Below the pieces are notes generated by a model that was given only the letters and a program-made list of their open reading frames with translations, was not told the origin of the DNA and did no database searches. 34,645 nt of DNA, from positions 76,882,591 to 76,917,235 of the forward strand of contig NC_068982.1 of assembly GCF_001194135.2 (NCBI RefSeq), in the 5' to 3' direction. This DNA comes from Octopus bimaculoides. Lineage: Eukaryota. Positions 1 to 11,164 of the stretch are shown here, in pieces. Within the stretch, counting starts at the first letter, position 1, and each line of letters begins with the position of its first letter. The translations under genes and the position numbers were made by a program.

Positions 1-39
<39 letters not shown>

Positions 40-51
40 ATGTATATGTTT

Positions 52-245
52 GTGTGTCTGTGTCCCGCCAACATCGCTTGTCAACCGATGCTGGTGTGTT
101 TACGTCCCCGTAGCTTAGCGGTTCGGCAAGAAAGACTGATATAATAAGTACTTAAGTACTAGGCTTACAAAGAGTAAGTCCTGCGGTGCTCCAGCATGGC
201 CGCAGTCAAATGACTGAAACAAATAAAAGAAAGAAAAAAGAAAGA
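52..245 (+). mobile_element. 3' half of a tRNA-derived octopod-type SINE
   Basis: Contains the blocks gtttacgtccccgtagcttagcggttcggc, aataagtac and ccagcatggccgcagtcaaatgactgaaac, then an A-rich tail. The same blocks recur at about 9250-9378, 19205-19425, 20720-20878 and 22295-22505. Confidence 0.85.
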
Positions 246-354
246 AAATTCTCTGTTTCCTATCATTTGATGTAGTTAGCCAGATCTGGATTATTTCAGA
301 TTGCTACTAAGGTACCTGCCCGAATTCCAAATCCCTATTCCTTTACGTTATGAT

Positions 355-369
355 CGCGCGCGCGCGCGC

Positions 370-426
<57 letters not shown>

Positions 427-450
427 CGCACACACGCACGCACGCACGCA
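355..450. repeat. (CG)/(CA)n microsatellite
   Basis: Direct reading. Confidence 0.95.
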
Positions 451-624
451 CACGCGCACACATGCACACACATACACACACACATATACATATAAGTACA
501 TACATCTACATATATAGACGCATATATATATATGTATGTATGCACGTGTACATGTGTGTGTGCGCGCACGTGTGTGAGTATGTGTGTGTTGTCATCTTTG
601 TGTCATGCTTAATGTATATACATG

Positions 625-1226
625 CTGATAGGCTAGTTACTGCATGGTATTCGCCCTGTGCTAACATGGGCATGCTGTATCAAAATTCAATATCAGAAGA
701 CAAGAACTCACCCCCAGCAACAACCAGAGAGGACACCGGATGCATTTCGGCCTTTTAGTAGCCTCCTTAATGACGTGTGCTCTCAGCCAGTTACATGCTT
801 GAACGAAAGTATGTCGCCTCCTGGGATATCAAACACTTTCTTGAAATGCGCTACTTCATTCTTAATAGAGTAAATCTAGTATTTTACAATACGGAGATGT
901 GAGTCTTCTATATTTGTCAGGTATACATCTAAACCAGATCAGTTCAAGATTATCTAGGCTTCGTCCTCCTAAAACTCTCGGTAAGTAAAGCCTTTCGAAT
1001 CTGCCTTCGAGTGATGCATATTCTCAATGGTCAGCATCTTTCTTGTCACGGTGTCCAGTCTCTTGATGTCATCCAGTCTCCAGTTGATGACGTTAAAACT
1101 ATTCATCAATATGGCTTTTACCGAGATGTTAATAGCTTTAAATCTGTGAGGTATATTCACTTCGCTCCTCAGCACCAAACGCAACGTTTTCATTCTGGGA
1201 ATCCCCGATGTTTTGTTTTAGAATAA
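625..1226 (-). mobile_element. Decayed R4/Dong-like non-LTR retrotransposon, region C-terminal to the RT
   Basis: Minus frame LRLVLRSEVNIPHRFKAINISVKAILMNSFNVINWRLDDIKRLDTVTRKMLTIENMHHSKAD is followed, after a 1-nt frameshift, by ERLYLPRVLGGRSLDNLEL and later PMLAQGEY. These match the HHPKAD.ERLYLPR..GGRGL and CP.LA..EY motifs of this clade. Stops and frameshifts are present. Confidence 0.75.
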
Positions 1227-1419
1227 CAATGGTTATAGACAAAGAGACATTGCTTTCCTAATAATTATAATTTGTTTTCCTCCTTTCTAAGATATTAGTG
1301 ATAGCTTTCCCCTCGAGAATAGCTGAATTCATTCTCTTTTCATAAGCAAACTGTTCCCTGATAGCAGATTTGAAAAGTTAGCAAATATAGCCATAACTTG
1401 CATTTGAAATAATGGGGGT

Positions 1420-1492
<73 letters not shown>

Positions 1493-1526
1493 GGATGGAT
1501 GGATGGATACATGGATGGATGGATGC
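1420..1526. repeat. (TAGA)n then (TGGA)n microsatellite
   Basis: Direct reading. Confidence 0.95.
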
Positions 1527-1959
1527 ATACGATGTATTAGAAATATACATAAAGATATATTTGACAATTGTGATTCAGGTAATGATGGATGTGGTTACGA
1601 CTCTGTTTCTTTTCTTTTTTTTTTCTTTTTATTCCGTATTCATGCCATTTTTACAGGGATCTCTCGAGTGGATTCCAGCAATGTGTTCTTGGAAATTCAA
1701 CCTTTGTCAATGAATATAAAATTACAGAAGTTCTCTGCCAATAGATATTGTTCTCACAATGTAATCACAGCTGCAAAACTATCAAGTGGCTTGAGTTTCT
1801 GTGAATTTTATCCAAATAATCCTGCTGTGTCGTTTAACCAGTGGAAAATTTGTGCTTTTTCAGAGCTTTAGATGCATAAATCTGGATTAAATTTAAAAGA
1901 ATGCATGAAGAAATTATATTTATGTCATTTTCGATTGTTCTTAGCTTTCTGGTGGATAG

Positions 1960-2135
1960 TTGTGATGTTGTTGTCGTCGTGGTTACTGATACTGCTTCTA
2001 GTATTATTAATGTTGTTCTCGGCGTTGGTGTTGGTGTCGACGTTGTTGTTGTTGTTGACGATGATGATGATGATGATGATATTGATGGTGGTGGTGTCAG
2101 TCTTGTTGTTGTTGGTGGTGGTGGTGATGGCGTTG
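1960..2135. repeat. Compound GTT/GAT/GGT trinucleotide repeat
   Basis: Direct reading. It explains the low-complexity ORFs at 1834-2247. Confidence 0.9.
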
Positions 2136-2631
2136 TCCATTTTAGATAAACAATGATCGTCTTAGGAATATTCCGCGTAATTGCTTTTCTTTCAATATGG
2201 TATACATAACTCGAAGACACCCGTTCCTGCTGTTTGTATACATGCATATATGTGTGTATAAATATATGAATATATATACATATATATATATATAAGGTTT
2301 TTAAACTTTTAAATTTTCATATTCAAAAGAGACAGAGACTTCAAATTCGATATATCGATTTATTCACCACTCTATGTTAACATTTCTGTGCCAAACTTAT
2401 CCAGTGACTGGTCCATTGGATTTAGACATTTGGCACTTCTTCAGGAGTGGTTACCTTTCGAACAAAACACTAAAAAACACATACATAACTATTATTAGGT
2501 CTTTAGGATCTCGTTAGCTTTCGTCTTTGTTATTATAGGGGAGATAACTCCTTAATTTTCTATTTTTATTGCTCTCCTGTGGATTTCCACTAGATTAATT
2601 AATTATTTCGTTTATATATATATATATGTAT

Positions 2632-3536
2632 NNNNNNNNNNNNNNNNNNNNNNNNNNNNNNNNNNNNNNNNNNNNNNNNNNNNNNNNNNNNNNNNNNNNN
2701 NNNNNNNNNNNNNNNNNNNNNNNNNNNNNNNNNNNNNNNNNNNNNNNNNNNNNNNNNNNNNNNNNNNNNNNNNNNNNNNNNNNNNNNNNNNNNNNNNNNN
2801 NNNNNNNNNNNNNNNNNNNNNNNNNNNNNNNNNNNNNNNNNNNNNNNNNNNNNNNNNNNNNNNNNNNNNNNNNNNNNNNNNNNNNNNNNNNNNNNNNNNN
2901 NNNNNNNNNNNNNNNNNNNNNNNNNNNNNNNNNNNNNNNNNNNNNNNNNNNNNNNNNNNNNNNNNNNNNNNNNNNNNNNNNNNNNNNNNNNNNNNNNNNN
3001 NNNNNNNNNNNNNNNNNNNNNNNNNNNNNNNNNNNNNNNNNNNNNNNNNNNNNNNNNNNNNNNNNNNNNNNNNNNNNNNNNNNNNNNNNNNNNNNNNNNN
3101 NNNNNNNNNNNNNNNNNNNNNNNNNNNNNNNNNNNNNNNNNNNNNNNNNNNNNNNNNNNNNNNNNNNNNNNNNNNNNNNNNNNNNNNNNNNNNNNNNNNN
3201 NNNNNNNNNNNNNNNNNNNNNNNNNNNNNNNNNNNNNNNNNNNNNNNNNNNNNNNNNNNNNNNNNNNNNNNNNNNNNNNNNNNNNNNNNNNNNNNNNNNN
3301 NNNNNNNNNNNNNNNNNNNNNNNNNNNNNNNNNNNNNNNNNNNNNNNNNNNNNNNNNNNNNNNNNNNNNNNNNNNNNNNNNNNNNNNNNNNNNNNNNNNN
3401 NNNNNNNNNNNNNNNNNNNNNNNNNNNNNNNNNNNNNNNNNNNNNNNNNNNNNNNNNNNNNNNNNNNNNNNNNNNNNNNNNNNNNNNNNNNNNNNNNNNN
3501 NNNNNNNNNNNNNNNNNNNNNNNNNNNNNNNNNNNN
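2632..3536. other. Assembly gap
   Basis: N run. Confidence 1.
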
Positions 3537-3960
3537 ATCCTTTCAACTCCTACTTTCTCTTATGAACCTTTACGAACAATCCAACAACAAATACAAAAAG
3601 AAAGGAAGGAGAAACACTGACAGTAAAGAAAACTATTTCAGTATCAAAAATGAAACAAGCACATTTCGATACTGTAATGACAGTTTCACTTTAATTCTAA
3701 TTGGCGGGAATTGTAAGTTATTTCTAACTCGTCCTTCACCATGATAACAACAGGGAAAAAATTAGTCACACATCTTTTTCAAATACGATCGACAAGCATT
3801 TATTCCCTACAAACTGTGAGTTTTTTGGAAAATATTTTCGTAAATCTTTTTTAAAACACTTTTACTTACTAACATTTTTTTTATTTAGTGTGTGTGTGTG
3901 TTGCCCATATATAAATACACTTAAGACTTAATTGTGGGTTGGGACTTTCATCGGCAGACG

Positions 3961-3962
<2 letters not shown>

Positions 3963-4046
<84 letters not shown>
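3963..4046. repeat. (ATT)n microsatellite
   Basis: Direct reading. Confidence 0.95.
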
Positions 4047-4355
4047 TTTAATTTTTCCCACAAGGGCGGCTTCGGGCAGGTGGAGAATAGTAGATTATAT
4101 CAACCCCTGTGTCCAACTGGTACTTCTCCCTTCCTCTCTTTCTCTTTCTTCATTGCTCCCGTTCTCTATTCCTTTCTCCCCGCTCTCTCTTTTCCTCTCT
4201 CCCTCTTCTCTCTCGCTCTCTCAAACGCATACACGCGCACGTACACACAAGCATTCACTACAAGATAACTCATGTTCGTCAATGTTTTGTAAATATACAA
4301 ACTACGGAGCTTATGGACAACACATTGCAAATCAGTGAACTTCATTACAAATGCG

Positions 4356-4551
4356 GGTAACTTTTCAGATTAACACCCGCACGATTTTCACTAGGATGTT
4401 AAGGTTACGGTTTTTGGGTCAGGGTTAGGGTTTTAGGGTTACGGTTAGGGTTACGATGAGGATTAGTGTTATGGTTACGGTTTTAGGGTCAGGGTTAGGG
4501 TTTAAGGATTACGGTTACGTAATCGTGCGGGTGTTAATCTGAAGAATTACC
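4356..4551. mobile_element. 196-bp MITE with 31-bp TIRs and a telomere-like (TTAGGG-variant) interior, possibly Merlin superfamily
   Basis: The left TIR ggtaacttttcagattaacacccgcacgatt (4356-4386) matches the reverse complement of 4521-4551 at 29/31. The interior is ggttag/ggtcag/ggttac hexamers. The terminal GGTAA fits the Merlin GGNRM consensus. The 8-bp flanks match only 5/8. Confidence 0.75.
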
Positions 4552-4705
4552 GAAATGTCAAAACTACCGACCCTGCCAACTGTTATAACTTTTGTTGTTC
4601 TCTTTAATATGTACATAGATTATGCCTCCAAACAAGACAACTTGCTGGGGTAAGAAAGCAACCGGTTTAAAAAGACAGCAACAGACTGCATCAATTCAAC
4701 ACATT

Positions 4706-5699
4706 NNNNNNNNNNNNNNNNNNNNNNNNNNNNNNNNNNNNNNNNNNNNNNNNNNNNNNNNNNNNNNNNNNNNNNNNNNNNNNNNNNNNNNNNNNNNNNN
4801 NNNNNNNNNNNNNNNNNNNNNNNNNNNNNNNNNNNNNNNNNNNNNNNNNNNNNNNNNNNNNNNNNNNNNNNNNNNNNNNNNNNNNNNNNNNNNNNNNNNN
4901 NNNNNNNNNNNNNNNNNNNNNNNNNNNNNNNNNNNNNNNNNNNNNNNNNNNNNNNNNNNNNNNNNNNNNNNNNNNNNNNNNNNNNNNNNNNNNNNNNNNN
5001 NNNNNNNNNNNNNNNNNNNNNNNNNNNNNNNNNNNNNNNNNNNNNNNNNNNNNNNNNNNNNNNNNNNNNNNNNNNNNNNNNNNNNNNNNNNNNNNNNNNN
5101 NNNNNNNNNNNNNNNNNNNNNNNNNNNNNNNNNNNNNNNNNNNNNNNNNNNNNNNNNNNNNNNNNNNNNNNNNNNNNNNNNNNNNNNNNNNNNNNNNNNN
5201 NNNNNNNNNNNNNNNNNNNNNNNNNNNNNNNNNNNNNNNNNNNNNNNNNNNNNNNNNNNNNNNNNNNNNNNNNNNNNNNNNNNNNNNNNNNNNNNNNNNN
5301 NNNNNNNNNNNNNNNNNNNNNNNNNNNNNNNNNNNNNNNNNNNNNNNNNNNNNNNNNNNNNNNNNNNNNNNNNNNNNNNNNNNNNNNNNNNNNNNNNNNN
5401 NNNNNNNNNNNNNNNNNNNNNNNNNNNNNNNNNNNNNNNNNNNNNNNNNNNNNNNNNNNNNNNNNNNNNNNNNNNNNNNNNNNNNNNNNNNNNNNNNNNN
5501 NNNNNNNNNNNNNNNNNNNNNNNNNNNNNNNNNNNNNNNNNNNNNNNNNNNNNNNNNNNNNNNNNNNNNNNNNNNNNNNNNNNNNNNNNNNNNNNNNNNN
5601 NNNNNNNNNNNNNNNNNNNNNNNNNNNNNNNNNNNNNNNNNNNNNNNNNNNNNNNNNNNNNNNNNNNNNNNNNNNNNNNNNNNNNNNNNNNNNNNNNNN
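4706..5699. other. Assembly gap
   Basis: N run. Confidence 1.
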
Positions 5700-5740
<41 letters not shown>

Positions 5741-6978
5741 TATATGCATATATACATACACGCACATACATGCATACACGTTTACATACATACACACATG
5801 ATTATATACATACATACACACACACGCATACATATACGCAATATACACCCATACATGCATACATGCATATATTTATACGTACACACATACACATGCATAT
5901 TACTCTTTCTTGTAATGTATATATATATATATACATAGAAAGACACATACATGCACATACACCCATACATACATTACATACATACACATACAAACGCATA
6001 TATACATACACGCATACATATACACATACACACACATGCATTGTGTATACATGAACATGGCATAAATTTCATCAAGAAGTTACCTTAGCTTCATTGTTTT
6101 CGATAGATTTAGTGAAATACAACACATCAAGATCTAGTCCTATATAACACATCAGGTTCGATATGAAAAGCACTTAATCCAAGTAGCTGAACAAGATACA
6201 GGAATTAGATATGAAGTGCTTTCATGATATGCGCCGCACTCTTCATGAATGTGACAAGATGGCGCTTATAACTCTATGCGATATGTGCGTATGTTGTAGG
6301 AGTATGTTCACATGAGAGCATATGCACATCTGCATAATACAGTAAATCTGCGTCTATCTATACATAATTTTACCACGTGACTAACAGATGATTACGTTCG
6401 TTTCACACCTAGCTTCATGTAGTATCATTTTGTATTATTTTCAGTATAGAAGAAATTATGCGTACATGTTTGCATTAATATGTACGCTTGACATTATACA
6501 ATACAATTTTACATTCAAAAATTAATGCAAATAAAGAAAGTTAGTTCATTAGATCACTGGAACATCCTGGTTAAACATACACACAAAATTCACTCTCTCT
6601 ATATGCAATGTACAGAAGGTCGGAACTGAGGAAAATGACATGTACCTGCATACACATAATATGTGTGTGTGTGTACATATGTATGTATATGGGCATGTAT
6701 ATGTATGTATGTGTGTGCGTATATGTATGTATGTGTGTATGAATGTGTACGTAAATTTGTGGCCAAAAAGTATAGAAAATACAGGTGAACAAAATCTCTT
6801 AGACTATTTCCTTGTTACAATGTGTATGTAAATTTGTCTATAAGCGGACACGCGTATTAATATTAATCTATTTTTGTGTGTGCGTGCGTGTGTGTGCGTG
6901 CGTGTGTGTGTGTTTTACGGAAAATATGTACAGATAGATAGATACATACATACATACATACATACATACATACATACA

Positions 6979-7009
<31 letters not shown>

Positions 7010-7278
7010 GCTTACGTATATGTATGAGTGAGTATAAGAGGGACAAACACAGAAATGTAATATAGGAATAAGAGGGGGAGAAGAGGAAAGTGTGGGAGGG
7101 AAATTAGATATGAAAATATTTCATAGCAAACTGCAGACAAGATCATAAGTTTACTACATCCGATACCATGTGTAAATATAAGGGTGTCTGTATGTGCATA
7201 AAACTGGGTGACAATCTGCTGGTTGTAGGTCTGTGTAAATAGGTGTGTACGTGTGGGTGAGTGTATGCGTGGGTGAGT

Positions 7279-7378
<100 letters not shown>

Positions 7379-7483
7379 TGGGGGGGAGTCTAGCACGCGC
7401 GACATTTGCATGCATGCTGCGAGTTGTTTCTTTTAGGTCTATAAAATGTCTCCGATTATAAAATACGTGACAGATAAATCTTA

Positions 7484-7529
<46 letters not shown>

Positions 7530-8003
7530 ATACAAACACACACATACATACATACTCATATACACACACATTGACACAGGTGCACAAGCACACACATATA
7601 CACACTTCACACATACACTCACGTACACACATACATACACTCACATATATATATATGTACATATACAAATATATACATCAATATATGTGTGTGTGTGTGT
7701 GTGTACATATACATATATATATATACATATACATATATATATTCATAATCATACACATATAATATCGCTCTGACTGGTTCCGCAGAGATCAAAATGATCA
7801 AAACAGATTTATAAACATGTTAACTATCGTTTAAGTAAATTAATGTAGTAGTACATCTGAGTGTGTGTGTGTGTATGTATGTATGTATGTATGTATGAAT
7901 GTATGTATGTATGTGTGTGTGTGCACGCGCACGCACGTATGTCTATGTGTTTGTGCGTCTTTCTGTCTGTCTATATACATGTATGTATGTGTATATATAT
8001 ATG

Positions 8004-8059
<56 letters not shown>

Positions 8060-8213
8060 TATATATATTATGTCTGTGTGATAGATGAATGAATGATTTG
8101 CTGGATAGTGTTTATATATCCATATAGATGTGTATATATTTGTGTGTGTGCGTGTGTGTTAATGGAAACCAAACATGAAAATAAAAGCAGCTTATCTGCC
8201 CCCACTTTCTGCT

Positions 8214-8365
8214 CGCCATCTTCCGTGTCCAATAAGTTAGACATCAAAACAAAAGATATCCATTTCTGCTGTCATCCACATCGCCAATACCTACGCCATT
8301 TTGTTTCAAATTTAATTTGGGTTTCTTTGGTTATGTGTCGGTAATTCAAGATTGGATGGCGGAAG
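8214..8365. promoter_or_regulatory. Candidate promoter-like motif cluster (YY1/ETS/CCAAT)
   Basis: CGCCATCTT 8214-8222 overlapping CTTCCG; CCAAT at 8229 and 8284; CGCCATTTT 8294-8302; ATTGG 8351; ATGGCGGAAG 8356-8365. Motif evidence only. Confidence 0.3.
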
Positions 8366-8726
8366 ACCTGACAACATTTCTTAATAACATCAAGTGAATC
8401 TACGTTCACAACGACTTAGCTTAGATTTTTGATTTGCACTGTTAAATGTGTTGTTAATCTCCTCCGAAGTCAGATGAACGTCTCTAATTCCCAGTTTTTC
8501 ACTCGCTGGCCGTTGGCTTCGTATTATAAAATTCCAGTATTGGTCACTTAATGAATCAGTTTGAATTCTGTGAATGAAAACAGATTTTCTTACCTTTTAA
8601 CAATAGGCACAAATTGTTATGTGTGTGTGTCTTATTCGTTTTAGCTTTTGTATGACTATGTAGGTACACAAAATGTGTAGGTATACAGGTAATACATATA
8701 ATTACGAGCGACAGAAGCAGTGTTAA

Positions 8727-8900
8727 TACCAAAAGATGATATTTATTCCCACTTAAAAGTGGATGTTCTATTAGAACACACAATACTGCGGTAGTTACCA
8801 TGAGAGTAACCAAAAGCCAGTATGAGAGTTTCTTTCATGGTAACAACCGCAGTATTCTGTTCAGACAGAACATCCAAGTGGGGATAAATATCTTTTGGTA
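8727..8900. repeat. Long imperfect palindrome (foldback MITE-like)
   Basis: Arm 8727-8806 (taccaaaagat..cccactt..ggatgttct..aatactgcggtagttaccatga) pairs with arm 8832-8900. The loop is about 25 nt and there are a few small indels. Confidence 0.85.
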
Positions 8901-8967
8901 CACACACACACACACATATATATATATTATTCACACGTACATACACACACATGCACGCATATGTATG

Positions 8968-9001
<34 letters not shown>

Positions 9002-9084
9002 TGTATGTATGTATGTATGCATGCATGTATGTATGTATGTATGCATGTATGTATGTATATATGTATGTATGTATGTATGTATGC

Positions 9085-9378
9085 ATCATGGCTGCGTTGT
9101 TAAGAAGCTCGTGATTTCGAGTTCATTCCCACTGTGCGGCACTTTACTTTGGTCAAGTGTTTTCCATAGCTCAAGGCTATCCAATGCCTTGCGAGTGAAT
9201 TTGGTAGATGGAAACTGTGGAAGTCTTTGTTTACGTCTTTGTGATATAGCGTTTCGGCAGACGAGTTCGATACAATAACTATCAGACTTAAAAATAAGTA
9301 CTGTGGTTGATTTGTTCCACTAAAACCCGTCAGGACGATACCCCAGCATGGCCTCTGTCCAACGACTGAAACAAATAT
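9085..9378 (+). mobile_element. Degenerate tRNA-derived SINE
   Basis: Head gagttcattcccactg, core gagtgaatttggtagatggaaactg and tail ccccagcatgg..gactgaaac are shared with the other copies. Confidence 0.8.
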
Positions 9379-9647
9379 CAGAATATTATATCAAAATTCA
9401 CAGCCTACTCTGGATTTCACTCGTAGCTGGGTGAACAGCCCAGCTAAGGGTGAAACTCAAAGTAAACTACTTACATTGAATTTAATAAATACATATCAAT
9501 ATATATCCATGGTATTCAGTGTATTGAGTTATATACCAGATAATATTTGCACTATGTGAAACATATTGCTGATATATTTTACTTCTGTCACAGTACGATA
9601 GATAGATAGATAGATAGATAGAATGACGGATACACGCACACATATAC

Positions 9648-9680
<33 letters not shown>

Positions 9681-10378
9681 TGTGTGTTGTAGTGTAAGAT
9701 GCAGTGTAAGAGTTGTAAAGTGCATTAAAATATATTTTGCAGCGCAAACATTATCTGATATTAGACTCAATACGTTGGGTAAAATGAATAGGTATTTATT
9801 TTACCAAAAATTTCCTGATCTTTCTGACTTCTCTGGACGTAGAGATAAGTTCAATTCATCAAGAGTTTTTTTCTTGTACAGTATTTCATATACCCATATT
9901 TACCTTTATTATTCAAATACATGCCACCCTGAGCTATTTTTCTGAGTCCCTTTTCGTTTCAGTTATCCGTATTATCCGTTTTCTACTCTTTTTTGTCTAC
10001 CATCAGCTGAATATAAAGTAGAAAAACTATTGCAATGATGACGCTTATTGAAACAGAAACACGTGTCCACGAATGACCTCTTGTCTCCAGACAAACAAAC
10101 TGTCTGTTCCTTAATGACATGCCCATTCTGGAGAATCTTTGTTTCTTTAGATTATCTCCCTTTTTCGTTTTGAGTTGAAAACGGAGATGATTTTATTAAA
10201 TTTTTATCTTGTATGCTATTTAATATAGCCTTATACATTCTAATACATGCTACAAGCCACTCTGAGTACATGTGTTTGTTTGTGTATGTGTGTGTGTGTG
10301 CGTGTGTGTGTATACATACATACATACNNNNNNNNNNTGTGTGCGTGTGTGTGTATACATACATACATACATTACATG

Positions 10379-10419
<41 letters not shown>

Positions 10420-11164
10420 GTGTGCGAATATGATAAATCTTTACACAGCAAAATATATTTTTTATGTAGAAAGAAATATGGTTTCCCAGACGAAATATAA
10501 TTTTCTATCGAATAATGCGAAATTAGCTGATTGCTATGCAATATTTTAATGGAACACTGACCAGTAAAATGTATTAGACTCATTCTGAAAACTGGTCTTC
10601 ATTGAAATAAGTGATCATTTCGACTGAACCAAATATATTTATATTTGCTAAGTATAAAAGACGGAAAATTGGTTTCTGAGAAATTCTACGATTTTATGGC
10701 AGTGAGATTCCTAAGTTGGATGATTTAGATGGTTTTCACTTCTAATTCTCAATTTATTTTTCATATCCAACTATAAAAGTAATCTGTTTTTACACTTTCA
10801 AACTTGGATATAGTTAAAGAAAGGCCTTCAAGATTATTAACAAACCATATTACTAAAACGATGGCATATATATTCATTCTTTATACGTTCCAGCAGATTC
10901 AAGTGTGAGTATACTAATTGATGTATTTCTTCATTGGAGAACAACTTCTTTCAGATGTACAGTAAGGAGACTGGGGCACCTGGTGTTTCGACCTTGTAGT
11001 GCCCTGTCAGTCGTAGCTACCCTGGATTAATGAATCTAAGAAAAGTTTTTGGCTCGCATCAACAAATAATTTGGTGAATTTATAAACAAAAGCCAAATAC
11101 ACTATTGTTGTAGCTGGTTGGTTCCCTACCTCCTCCTTCTGCTTGTTTCCCACCTCTCATCACA

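Noticed and set aside
6084-6139. Minus-strand exon-like segment LDLDVLYFTKSIENNEAK with AAG|GTAACT
   Set aside because: The acceptor is mediocre, there is no phase-compatible neighbour and no recognisable homology.
6160-6228. Short inverted repeat atgaaaagcactt/aagtgctttcat, a possible miRNA hairpin
   Set aside because: Only about 12-13 bp pair cleanly, with a large bulge and long loop, which is not a credible pre-miRNA.
9475-9551. Minus segment with a strong GTAAGT donor
   Set aside because: All three frames contain stops.
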